A stretch of DNA of 63,935 nucleotides from Acidiferrobacterales bacterium (GTDB lineage: Bacteria; Pseudomonadota; Gammaproteobacteria; Acidiferrobacterales; JAJDNE01). The stretch spans positions 2,731 to 66,665 of the forward strand of contig JBGMQT010000005.1 of the NCBI GenBank assembly GCA_048060695.1. The letters run 5' to 3'. Positions within the stretch are counted from its first letter, which is position 1. Every line of letters begins with the position of its first letter. Below the pieces are notes generated by a model. The model was given only the letters and a program-made list of their open reading frames with translations. It was not told where the DNA came from and searched no databases. Below are positions 41,227 through 50,165 of this stretch, one piece after another. The translations under genes were made by a program, and so were the position numbers.

Positions 41227-41848
41227 ATGCCTGGTTTTCCAGTTCCAGCCAGAGCGCGATTTTCGCGTGGACATCTTCAATGCCGATGCGTTTGGTGGCG
41301 GAAAAACGTTGCACGCTCGCGATCGGCCATTGATCTCTCAGTGCCGTCTCTACGTTGGCAAGTGCCGTCGCCGCTTGCCCCCGTTTTAACTTGTCGATTT
41401 TCGTCAGCAGGACATGAACTGGCATGTTGGCTGCCAGACACCAGCCCAGCATTTGCTGATCACCCGCTGTTAACGGGTGGCGGCAGTCCATTAGCAGGAT
41501 AAGTCCTTGCAAGCTTTGGCGGTTCTCGAGATAGCGGTGCAGCGTCTGTTCCCATTTCAGGCGAACCGATTTAGTCACTTTGGCGTAACCGTAACCCGGT
41601 AAATCCACCAATCGTCGAGGTTGGTCTTCGACGGGCAGGTCAAAAAAGTTGATATGCTGGGTGCGCCCGGGGGTGCCGCTGGTGCGCGCCATACCCTTGC
41701 GTGCGGTGATTGTATTGATAGCGCTGGATTTGCCAGAATTAGACCGCCCGGCAAAGGCGATTTCCAGGCCCTCGTCTGCGGGCAATGTTGACAGCGACGG
41801 CGCACCGCTCGAAAATTCGATTTTTCGCAGCAATTCAGCAATTTGCAT
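41225..41848 (-). CDS. engB: ribosome biogenesis GTPase EngB/YihA
   Basis: Starts at ATG 41848 (MQIAELLRKIEF...). G1 motif GRSNSGKSS. 207 aa. The ORF-track start at 42013 is an over-extension. Confidence 0.92.
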   Translation of the reverse strand: MQIAELLRKIEFSSGAPSLSTLPADEGLEIAFAGRSNSGKSSAINTITARKGMARTSGTPGRTQHINFFDLPVEDQPRRLVDLPGYGYAKVTKSVRLKWEQTLHRYLENRQSLQGLILLMDCRHPLTAGDQQMLGWCLAANMPVHVLLTKIDKLKRGQAATALANVETALRDQWPIASVQRFSATKRIGIEDVHAKIALWLELENQA

Positions 41849-42000
41849 GATGTAAATTGACCTTAAAACGGGCTCTTGGTATATAAGGCGCCACTTAAAC
41901 AAGGTTGGTTGGGGTGTCGCCGGCCCAAAGTGTAACCGTCGGAAGCGCAAGCGCGGTACCCCTATATTTGGTAAGAACACAGGTTTCGAGAGGAAACGCA

Positions 42001-42612
42001 ATGAAAAAAGCAATGATTTTTCTGGTTAGCGCCGGATTGTTTGCCATCGCGACATCGGCCATGGCTGCAGGTAGTGTCTCCAAAGGTAAAACACTATCTG
42101 GTGGCTGCGTGGCGTGCCACGGAGCCGGTGGTGTGAGCAGTAACCCCGACTGGCCCAGTCTCGCCGGCCAACATGCCGAGTATCTTGCGAAACAGCTGGC
42201 CGATTTCAAATCAGGTGCGCGCAAGAACGCCCTGATGTCCGGTCAGGCGGCTGGTCTTACCAAGGCCCAGATGGCGGATCTCGGCGCCTATTTTTCTGCC
42301 TTGAAGCCGCCGCGCGCCATAGCAAAAAACGCCAAGCTGGCGAAAATAGGGGAAAACCTTTATCGAGGGGGAAATTCCAAGACCCGCGTTGCAGCTTGTA
42401 TGGCATGCCACGGCCCCTCTGGGCGCGGTATCCCACCGCACTTTCCTGCGGTTACCGGCCAGCAAGCAAAATATTCGGCCACCCAGCTGCGTGCCTTCAA
42501 ACGCGGTACGCGCAAGAACGACAATAATGTTATGAGACAGATCGCATTCCGTATGTCTCACGAAGAAATCAATGCCGTTGCCGCTTATATGGAAGGATTG
42601 GCTGCCCGCTAG
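42001..42612 (+). CDS. cc4: diheme cytochrome c4
   Basis: Signal peptide from ATG 42001 and two CxxCH motifs (CVACH, CMACH). Divergent from engB, as I recall for Pseudomonas. Confidence 0.9.
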   Translation: MKKAMIFLVSAGLFAIATSAMAAGSVSKGKTLSGGCVACHGAGGVSSNPDWPSLAGQHAEYLAKQLADFKSGARKNALMSGQAAGLTKAQMADLGAYFSALKPPRAIAKNAKLAKIGENLYRGGNSKTRVAACMACHGPSGRGIPPHFPAVTGQQAKYSATQLRAFKRGTRKNDNNVMRQIAFRMSHEEINAVAAYMEGLAAR

Positions 42613-42843
42613 GTTGACCCGGAGGGAGGTTTCGGGGTTGCTCGTTCAGCCCCGTTAATTTCCCGATCCCCCCGAATTTTCCGACCCAGACTGCCCCTTT
42701 TGTGGCGGAAATCTTTCCGGCTGACGCCGTGGGTCGTGTTTATCTGCCCCTGCGCGTCCTGTGCCACATTACCACCCGCCAATTTTTCTCATTCGCTGTC
42801 AATTAACCAATAAATTTCAGCCACTTAATCGTTTTATCAATGC

Positions 42844-42858
42844 TGGCACGGCAATTGC
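42844..42858 (+). promoter_or_regulatory. sigma-54 (RpoN) promoter
   Basis: TGGCACG-gcaa-TTGCT matches the TGGCACG-N4-TTGCW consensus at every specified position. Lies 70 nt upstream of ATG 42928. Confidence 0.65.
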
Positions 42859-42927
42859 TTATATTTACGACAATGGAAACGGGTTAATCCCGATGAGAAG
42901 AAGGAAACGATTTCGGAGGTCAGATCA

Positions 42928-43164
42928 ATGTTAAGCCATATCGTAAATCTGGTAAGCGACTATGAAACCGGGCACGGCGCCAAGCCCAATCTGGTTTACA
43001 TGAATGAGACCCATTACGGCTACCTGCGGGAGGAACTGCCGGGGGTTCGCGATCACCATGATCTGGTCTCAATTTTGGGCATCGACATCGCCTTGAGCGA
43101 TGAAATTATCCAGCCGGCAGTCGCAACTGTCCGCTTTGGAGACGAAAACATCCTGGTTAGTTAA
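42928..43164 (+). CDS. 78-aa hypothetical protein
   Basis: GGAGG lies 8 nt upstream of the ATG. Bracketed by the sigma-54 promoter and an intrinsic terminator. I recognise no family. Confidence 0.55.
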   Translation: MLSHIVNLVSDYETGHGAKPNLVYMNETHYGYLREELPGVRDHHDLVSILGIDIALSDEIIQPAVATVRFGDENILVS

Positions 43165-43203
43165 AGAGTTTCTGCGCCAGACGTATGTGGGGGTGCAGTA
43201 CCA

Positions 43204-43235
43204 ACGGACGGAGCTTGCTCCGGCCGTTTTCTTTT
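43204..43235 (+). terminator. rho-independent terminator
   Basis: acggacggag / ctccggccgt stem (one A-G mismatch), 4-nt loop, then TTTCTTTT. Confidence 0.6.
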
Positions 43236-43268
43236 GGTGCTCCTGTCTCAAGTTAAAAAAATAATTTC

Positions 43269-43452
43269 TGACGCAAAGGGTCGCTCTTGCGCCCGCGACA
43301 CTTGTGCGTCCATGCACATCGCGCGAAGACGCAATGGAATACAAAGGGCGGCCCGTTGGGCCGCAAGAAAAAAGAATAGCACTTCTTAATGGCCGGCCGG
43401 AAACCGGCCCTATGAATTTTTCTTTTCTTTGCGTCTTCGCGCCTTTGCGTCA
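43269..43452. repeat. REP-like palindromic element (copy 2), interrupted and expanded
   Basis: The right arm cgtcttcgcgcctttgcgtca (43432-43452) pairs with a left arm split into tgacgcaaagg (43269-43279) and cgcgaagacg (43322-43331) by a 42-nt insert. The loop carries two GC hairpins (43348-43364, about 43393-43407). Confidence 0.6.
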
Positions 43453-43490
43453 AACAGTATTTTCTATGCTTCTCTGCTGGAGGCTGAGCA

Positions 43491-44771
43491 CTACAGCGTT
43501 TTCATCGCCGCACGCGCGGCATCAAGGGTGGCGGCGATGACATCATCGCCGTGGGCCGCGGACACGAATCCTGCCTCGAAGGCCGAGGGCGCCAGATAAA
43601 CACCGGCGTCCAGCATAGCGTGGTAGAACCTCCTGAAGCGATCAATATCACAGGCCATCACCTGTGAGAATCGTGTCACCGCTTCGTCCTCGGTGAAGAA
43701 CACACCAAACATGGCTCCCACTGCATGCGTGGTCAAGGCTACGCCGGTCTCTTCGGCAATACTCGCCAAACCCTGCGTCAGGGCCGATGTTCGTGTAGCC
43801 AGATCGTGATAAAAACCTTCTTTCTGGATCGCGGTAAGGGTGGCGAACCCCGCTGCCATGGCAATGGGATTACCCGACAGTGTGCCGGCCTGATACACCG
43901 GACCGTCCGGTGCGATGTGGTCCATGATATCGGCGCGTCCACCGAAGGCGCCGACCGGCAAACCGCCACCGATGACCTTGCCCAGCGTGGTCAGGTCGGG
44001 ATTTATAGCGAACAACGATTGCGCGCCGCCCAGAGCAACGCGAAAACCGGTCATGACTTCATCGAAAATCAGCACACTCTGGTAATGGTCACAGATCTGG
44101 CGCAGGCCATCGAGAAAACCGGGTACCGGTGGTACACAATTCATATTACCGGCGACGGGTTCAACAATGATACAGGCTATTTCTTCTCCCGCTTCTCTGA
44201 ACAGTTGCGCCACCTGCTCGAGATTGTTGTATTCAAGAGTAAGCGTAAGCGCTGCCAGGTCCGTCGGCACACCCGGAGAGGTGGGTACGCCCAGCGTCAA
44301 CGCGCCAGATCCCGCCTTTACCAGCAGCGAGTCGGAATGGCCGTGGTAGCAGCCTTCGAATTTGACGATTTTGTCGCGGCCGGTAAATCCCCGTGCCAGA
44401 CGGATTGCACTCATGGTGGCCTCGGTGCCGGAATTGACCATGCGCACCTTTTCTACCGACGGCACCAGAGAGCAAACCAGATTCGCCATGTCTGTTTCGA
44501 TTTCTGTCGGAGCGCCAAAACCGAGCCCGTTACTGGCAGCTTTTTTAACCGCCTGGATCACGTCGGCATGGGCATGACCGAGGATCATCGGACCCCACGA
44601 GCCGACATAATCGATGTAACGTTTGTTTTCCGCATCCCACAGATAGGCGCCCTCACCGCGCGCAAAAAAGACCGGGTCACCGCCCACTCCCTTGAATGCC
44701 CTGACGGGTGAATTGACACCGCCGGGAATGTGCCGGCTGGCCTGTTTAAATAGGTCGGATGACGTGCTCAT
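43491..44771 (-). CDS. hemL: glutamate-1-semialdehyde 2,1-aminomutase
   Basis: N-terminus F..A...[12 protein letters not shown]. 426-aa class-III aminotransferase. Confidence 0.96.
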   Translation of the reverse strand: MSTSSDLFKQASRHIPGGVNSPVRAFKGVGGDPVFFARGEGAYLWDAENKRYIDYVGSWGPMILGHAHADVIQAVKKAASNGLGFGAPTEIETDMANLVCSLVPSVEKVRMVNSGTEATMSAIRLARGFTGRDKIVKFEGCYHGHSDSLLVKAGSGALTLGVPTSPGVPTDLAALTLTLEYNNLEQVAQLFREAGEEIACIIVEPVAGNMNCVPPVPGFLDGLRQICDHYQSVLIFDEVMTGFRVALGGAQSLFAINPDLTTLGKVIGGGLPVGAFGGRADIMDHIAPDGPVYQAGTLSGNPIAMAAGFATLTAIQKEGFYHDLATRTSALTQGLASIAEETGVALTTHAVGAMFGVFFTEDEAVTRFSQVMACDIDRFRRFYHAMLDAGVYLAPSAFEAGFVSAAHGDDVIAATLDAARAAMKTL

Positions 44772-45424
44772 AAATCGGGTCCTGGGGGGTGGGAAGAATT
44801 GTTAAACAGTGTGGCGTAACTTTCTGCTGCACCGCGTATATCGGTTGCACCAAAAATCCCGCTAATGACAGCCAGCGCATCGGCACCGGCCGCAATTAGT
44901 CGGGCGCCATTTTCCGGGGTGACGCCGCCAATGGCAACTACCGGTACGGTGAATTCCCGTTTCACCTGGGTGAGTAACGTCTCGTTTGCCCGAACTGCAT
45001 CGGGTTTGACAGCGGAAGGGAAAAAACAGCCGAGTGCAATATAGCTGGCGCCTGCCGCGATGGCTCCACGTACGCGTGAAATCTCGTTGTAGCAGGAAAT
45101 ACCGACGATTGATTCCTTGCCAAGTCGCCTTTGTGCAAGTTCAATCGCGGTATCGTTTTTGCCCAAATGCACGCCATCGGCACCCGACCTATGCGCGAGT
45201 TCGACATCATCATTGATAATAAACGGTACACCGTACTGCTGACAGAGCTGGCGTAGCGCTGTGGCTTCGTCCAGACGCCGGGCGTGGTCATCGCTTTTGT
45301 CGCGATATTGCACAATGGTGGCACCCCCCTCAATGGCGCTGGCGACCGCAGCAACCCAATCATCGGTGATGATCGACGTGTCGGCAATGACGTAGAGACC
45401 GTGAATGGCGCCCGTTGTTCTCAC
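44768..45424 (-). CDS. thiE: thiamine-phosphate synthase
   Basis: 218 aa with LYVIAD...IVQYRDK...GADGVHLG motifs. GTGA overlap with thiD and ATGA overlap with hemL. Confidence 0.92.
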   Translation of the reverse strand: MRTTGAIHGLYVIADTSIITDDWVAAVASAIEGGATIVQYRDKSDDHARRLDEATALRQLCQQYGVPFIINDDVELAHRSGADGVHLGKNDTAIELAQRRLGKESIVGISCYNEISRVRGAIAAGASYIALGCFFPSAVKPDAVRANETLLTQVKREFTVPVVAIGGVTPENGARLIAAGADALAVISGIFGATDIRGAAESYATLFNNSSHPPGPDL

Positions 45425-46236
45425 GGCTTTCGGCGGATCGGGTGTTCGCCATTGGCCCGGAATTGCCGCTGTGGCAATCGCTGCCCCCTGCCGGTCTGGT
45501 GACCGTTGGCAAGGCTGTCCCAGGTGAAATCCAGCGCCGCGCGTACCGCGGACGTTACGTTAGAACCCTGTGCCAAAGCGCCGGCACAGGCGGAAGCCAG
45601 CGTGCATCCGGAGCCGTGGTATTCGTCTGGCAGTCTTTCCTGCGTGAATGTCTCGATGCAGCGTTGATGTCCGTATAAATAATGCACCACGTCATCAGTG
45701 GGCTCGTGACTGCCCGTGTGTAACACATACTCGCAACCGAGCGACATCAACGTCTGGACGCAGGCCTCTCGGCCGTCCGCTTCCGGCACCAGTTGCTTTG
45801 CTTCAATGGCATTCGGTGTGGCCAGAGTTGCCATGGGTAACAGCATGGATCGGTAGCTTTCTTCAAGTGGTGTGTCGCTTAAACTATCACCCCCACCGGT
45901 GCTCAATACCGGATCGACCACCAACGGGATATCCGGATAGCCCCCGATCAGGGTGGCGATTGCGTTCAGGTTAGCAGTACTTCCCAGCATGCCGGTTTTG
46001 AAGGCGGCAACCGGCATGTCTGCCAGTACGGCCTTCGCTTGCGCTATAACGAGCCCGGTATCCATGGCAACAAATTTTGTTAGTTCCGACGTATCCTGAA
46101 CCGTAACAGCGGTGACAATCGGCGCTGGATGACAGCCAAACGCGGCCACGCTCTGTATATCCGCCACCAGGCCAGCGCCACCAGTGGGGTCGCTACCGGC
46201 GAATATCAAAACGACCGGCGGTTTTTTAGCGTGCAT
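45421..46236 (-). CDS. thiD: hydroxymethylpyrimidine / phosphomethylpyrimidine kinase
   Basis: Starts at ATG 46236 (MHAKKPPVVLIFAGSDPTGGAG). Confidence 0.92.
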   Translation of the reverse strand: MHAKKPPVVLIFAGSDPTGGAGLVADIQSVAAFGCHPAPIVTAVTVQDTSELTKFVAMDTGLVIAQAKAVLADMPVAAFKTGMLGSTANLNAIATLIGGYPDIPLVVDPVLSTGGGDSLSDTPLEESYRSMLLPMATLATPNAIEAKQLVPEADGREACVQTLMSLGCEYVLHTGSHEPTDDVVHYLYGHQRCIETFTQERLPDEYHGSGCTLASACAGALAQGSNVTSAVRAALDFTWDSLANGHQTGRGQRLPQRQFRANGEHPIRRKP

Positions 46237-47200
46237 GGGCCTGTGACAGAACCAGTCGCTGAAGGGTATCAATAAGCCCGGCACTAGCATTTAGTGCCGG
46301 CACGACGCGATAGCTCTCGACACCTGCTTCGCGGGCCACTTCTGCATATTCGGTACCGAGTTCATACAGAGTTTCTATATGGTCGGAAACAAACGCGACG
46401 GGATAAACCAAAATTTGTTTCGATCCCTGCCTTGCCTTTTTAGAAATCGTATCGTGGGTATAGGGCTGCAGCCATTTTAGCGGACCAACACGGCTCTGGT
46501 AACAAAGCGTGGTACGTGGCCAGCCCAGGATTTTGTTCAACGACGCGATAGTCGCACGTATCTGTTTTTCGTAGGGATCGCCCTGATCAATAATTTTTTG
46601 CGGCAGACCGTGGGCAGAAAATAAAAGTTCGATATTATCCGGGTCCGGGTCCGGCATCCTGGCCGCCTCCGCCAATATAGTGGACACAATGGCCTGCTGG
46701 TATCCCGCGTCGTCATACCACTGCTTGATAAATGATATCTTCGGCCGATAATTGCTTCGTCGGCAGGCGCGCTGGAAATCATTATAGGAGCTACCGGTGG
46801 TCGTCAGCGAATACTGTGGGTACAGCGGTAGTAGAATTACATTTTCAATTTTATTTTGCTTCAGTGTCGCCACCACGGCGTCAGCCATAGGGTGCCAGTA
46901 GCGCATGCAAACATAGACTTCATAGTCCCCTTTGTCCGACAGTTTCTGGTTCAATGCCCTGGCCTGGTTTTTGGTGATCTCGAGCTGAGGCGACTTGCCA
47001 CCAATAGCGCGATAACCAATGGATGCTTTCGGTGCCCGGCGACGTGATATAGCCCGGGCGAACCATTTTTGGGTAACAAAACCCAGGGGGAATTTAAATA
47101 TGTCCGGGTCGGAAAACAGATTAAACAGAAACGGCTCCACTGCTTCCAGTGAATCGGGGCCACCCAGATTAAAAAGTACAACAGCGGTCGGCTTGCCCAT
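46226..47200 (-). CDS. hemH: ferrochelatase
   Basis: 324 aa with LFNLGGPD...PFLFNLFSDP and YPQYS motifs. Its 3' end overlaps the thiD start by 11 nt. Confidence 0.93.
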   Translation of the reverse strand: MGKPTAVVLFNLGGPDSLEAVEPFLFNLFSDPDIFKFPLGFVTQKWFARAISRRRAPKASIGYRAIGGKSPQLEITKNQARALNQKLSDKGDYEVYVCMRYWHPMADAVVATLKQNKIENVILLPLYPQYSLTTTGSSYNDFQRACRRSNYRPKISFIKQWYDDAGYQQAIVSTILAEAARMPDPDPDNIELLFSAHGLPQKIIDQGDPYEKQIRATIASLNKILGWPRTTLCYQSRVGPLKWLQPYTHDTISKKARQGSKQILVYPVAFVSDHIETLYELGTEYAEVAREAGVESYRVVPALNASAGLIDTLQRLVLSQAHAR

Positions 47201-47336
47201 GGCTAAATAGCGACTATAAAAGTGTAGGGAAGCAGATTGTAACGCAAGCCCATTCAGTATTTCACTACGTAGTTGATCGTGAGAAAATCGGGGCCGTCGA
47301 AAATAGCAGTAATAATAAAATTTTAAAGAGAGTCCA

Positions 47337-47501
47337 ATGAAGAGTTATATGTGTGTCGTATGTGGTTTTATCTACGACGAAGAAAAAGGTATACCGGATG
47401 AGGGGATTGCATCAGGAACCAAATGGGCGGATGTACCCGAAACCTGGAAGTGCCCGGAATGTGGCGCTAGCAAGGAAGAATTCGAGATGATCGAGATTTG
47501 A
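47337..47501 (+). CDS. rubredoxin
   Basis: My own translation: MKSYMCVVCGFIYDEEKGIPDEGIASGTKWADVPETWKCPECGASKEEFEMIEI, with CxxCG...CPxCG. 54 aa, below the ORF-track cutoff. Confidence 0.85.
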   Translation: MKSYMCVVCGFIYDEEKGIPDEGIASGTKWADVPETWKCPECGASKEEFEMIEI

Positions 47502-47564
47502 TACCCGGCTACAGGCGCTTTCGGTACTAGAATACAGGGAATCTCTGACCAATACGGAGCTTTT

Positions 47565-50165
47565 CTAGCAATCAGAATTCTGTTTTTTCTTGCTAGTGCC
47601 CAAACCATGGCGCGCCATCTTGTAGTGTAGCGTGTTGGGGCGCAGCCCCAGCAGTTTGGCTGCCTTGGATTTGTTGCCGTCACAACGCTCCAGCGTCTCC
47701 TTAATTATGGCCGCCTCGAACTCGCCCACATGTTCTTCCAGGGTTTTGGTTTTTCCGTCTGAATAACTGACAAAGGACGAGTTGCTACTGCCTTCCTTGT
47801 TGCCCAGGCGCTCGAAGATTAGTTTCTTTAATACGGCCAGGCTGTCGGTATGGTGATCCAGTTGCAGGGATTCAAGTTCCGACTGGTCAAGATAGGTCTC
47901 CTGGGTCGCCTGCAGGTTGTACAGCAATGTGAAGTAGTGCACTAATAATTGCAGATCGTTCTTGCGCTCACCGAGTCCGGGCAATTCGAGGGTGAAGGTC
48001 TGTAATAGCCGGGGAATCTCTTCCGCGCCCGATGTTGCGCCCGGCTCATAACCTGCCATCAGACGCACATTTCCACTCGCCTGCACCAGTGCCAGCAATC
48101 GATCGACAACCTCGCGCCGTAGCCCGGCGATGTTGTCAATCATCAAGCTGCCACCTCTTGCCTGCTTTACCAATTGGCGCACCTTTTGTTCGTCATTCGA
48201 TGACAAGGTGTCGGCGGTAGTGTCCAGGTTGCCTGTCCGTAACAGGACGAACTCGCCGTTGGTGGCACCCTGATGATGGATGTAGGCAGCCACGGCAGTG
48301 GCCTCGCCCGTATCCGCAGACTTGATTAACACCGGATCAAAAAATCGGGACATTCGAATAGCGTCGGCTATGGTATCGATAAAGACCTGGCTTCGACCAA
48401 TTAGCGGATTGTCCGGTTCCGTTACAGAACACACCGCCTTGCGCAGTTCGGCAATGGCATTCACCCGTCGCACCAGCGCGGCGGCGGGCAGTCCCGCTGG
48501 CAGCACTTCAATAATACCGCCTAGTAACTCTTTTCGGTATTTGTGAACAAACGCCGGAACTCCGGAACCATAAAGCAGAAAAGCCGACTGGCCACGTCGT
48601 TCGGTCATGAGCTTAAGGTAGGAGGGCTCCCCGCGTGAACCGTCGTCTTCAATCCGGCACACCAGAACATCTGACGGACTCTGGCGCTTGAAGCTGAGCG
48701 AATTTGGTGCGACGTATTGTGCCGTATACGGGAACTGTTCGCGTAACAGTTCCAGCATGGGTTTGTCTCGACCGAGCAGGGTTACCGTTGCCGGGATTGA
48801 GCTTTCCTGGTTTGCTGTAGAAATCAGGCTGAAACTGTCAGCCGGTTGTTCTCGTAACAGGCGAATATTGTTGCGCTGCAGACTTTCATTTTCATTCTCC
48901 AGTTGTTGGAAGGCAACGACCAGTTGCTGGTGTGAATGTTCCAGCTTCCGCAGCCGATCTTCGGTGTCGCCAATTTCCGTACGCATGGACACCATACCTT
49001 CCAGGAAAAGGTCCGCCATTTTGTCGAACAATTGCTCGACCATTTTGAAGTCCTGTGGTGAGTACACCTGTTCATTGAAGGACTCTCCCATTAACAACCA
49101 GCCTGCCGCACGCCGGGTTCTGGGGTAAAAAGGTACAATGGCGCTGATGTGATATTGCGTCATCTCGCGGTACATCCCGGGTAACGCAGAGAAGAGTTCT
49201 TCGCGCACAGCAATATGGGTCAAGCGTGATAGCGCCGGTGGTGGGATAGCGGCCATGTTGCGCGCATTACCGGCCGAGGCAACTATGGAATGCTGGCCGT
49301 CCAGCAATACAATGGGGCACTTCAGCGTCGCCGCTAACATCGATACCGCTTTTGATGCAGAAGGCAGTTCAGCGATCTCTGCGATAAGTTGACGAATACG
49401 GTTGTAAAAAGCTGTTTTGCGTTTCTGGACACGTGAGCCTGGAATATAGAATTCAATATCAAACAGACGATACTGATGGATGGCATAAGCCGTGACGGCC
49501 AGAAAGATTGTGACGGCCAGAGGCAGTGTCGCCGTAGTATTGAATCGCGCATCAAATCCCTGGTGTTGTAATACCATTACAAGAAGTACGACAGCACCCA
49601 TGGGTAACATGCCAAAACCCATCAATTTGTTTTTTAGTCTCTTTGATGGCGTATTCTGATTACGTGCGCCGTAATACAAAATCGCTAGTGTTGTCGTGCT
49701 ATAAACCAGGACATAAAGCTCAAACAGCCAGTACCCCTCACCGGCGATCTGTCCGTAGGTGTAATTCATCCGGGCAAAACCGGAGATAATGTAATCGCTA
49801 CCAAGAAATAAAGCGCTCAATACGAGGGCAGGTAGATAAATGAGAGTAGTCAGCATCGGTGACCCCATACGACTGCCCCAATCGATCGCCAATACCAGGG
49901 TGAGATGCACCAATATGGCCAGCGCGATCACGCTGGCCACAAAATAGATATAACCATTAAGAAAGGTATCGCGAGAAGCGAATTCTGACCCTTGAAAATT
50001 GAGAATGCCGATTTCGGATATATTCTGTACCGCAAGCACCACCAGAAAAATCAAAAACAGTTTGGCGGCCAAGTCCTTTACGACGGAAGTTCGCGCATAA
50101 AACAGAATTCCGGCCTTTGCGGCCAGAACCAGTAATGCGGGGATTGAATAGAGTGATATTTCCAT
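47565..50165 (-). CDS. membrane-anchored 7TM-GAF-pseudoreceiver-degenerate sigma-54-EBP-like regulator with Fis-type HTH
   Basis: 866 aa. About 7 TM segments (aa 1-235), GAF-like region (about 250-395), coiled coil (400-440), receiver-like region lacking the conserved Asp pattern (about 460-580), AAA+ remnant (590-790), and HTH_8 (GNKSKAAKLLGLRPNTLHYKM). Confidence 0.8.
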   Translation of the reverse strand: MEISLYSIPALLVLAAKAGILFYARTSVVKDLAAKLFLIFLVVLAVQNISEIGILNFQGSEFASRDTFLNGYIYFVASVIALAILVHLTLVLAIDWGSRMGSPMLTTLIYLPALVLSALFLGSDYIISGFARMNYTYGQIAGEGYWLFELYVLVYSTTTLAILYYGARNQNTPSKRLKNKLMGFGMLPMGAVVLLVMVLQHQGFDARFNTTATLPLAVTIFLAVTAYAIHQYRLFDIEFYIPGSRVQKRKTAFYNRIRQLIAEIAELPSASKAVSMLAATLKCPIVLLDGQHSIVASAGNARNMAAIPPPALSRLTHIAVREELFSALPGMYREMTQYHISAIVPFYPRTRRAAGWLLMGESFNEQVYSPQDFKMVEQLFDKMADLFLEGMVSMRTEIGDTEDRLRKLEHSHQQLVVAFQQLENENESLQRNNIRLLREQPADSFSLISTANQESSIPATVTLLGRDKPMLELLREQFPYTAQYVAPNSLSFKRQSPSDVLVCRIEDDGSRGEPSYLKLMTERRGQSAFLLYGSGVPAFVHKYRKELLGGIIEVLPAGLPAAALVRRVNAIAELRKAVCSVTEPDNPLIGRSQVFIDTIADAIRMSRFFDPVLIKSADTGEATAVAAYIHHQGATNGEFVLLRTGNLDTTADTLSSNDEQKVRQLVKQARGGSLMIDNIAGLRREVVDRLLALVQASGNVRLMAGYEPGATSGAEEIPRLLQTFTLELPGLGERKNDLQLLVHYFTLLYNLQATQETYLDQSELESLQLDHHTDSLAVLKKLIFERLGNKEGSSNSSFVSYSDGKTKTLEEHVGEFEAAIIKETLERCDGNKSKAAKLLGLRPNTLHYKMARHGLGTSKKKQNSDC

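Noticed and set aside
41188-41502. 104-aa + strand ORF overlapping the sRNA terminator and engB
   Set aside because: It is antisense to engB and starts inside the terminator hairpin, so it has no coding support.
42650-42726. C-P-F-C-G codons (tgc ccc ttt tgt at 42692-42703) suggesting a thioredoxin-fold, DsbA or zinc-ribbon remnant downstream of cc4
   Set aside because: The open frame is only 22 codons between stops, with no start codon. That is too short to distinguish from chance.
43253-43540. 66-aa and 78-aa ORFs in the cc4-hemL spacer
   Set aside because: They are translations of the repeat element (REDAKKRK / LCVFAPLRQ-type peptides) and overlap each other on opposite strands.
43725-44711. 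328-aa ORF antisense to hemL
   Set aside because: It is the mirror frame of a strongly supported gene. Its Arg/Gly/His-rich composition is typical of antisense translation in GC-rich coding DNA.
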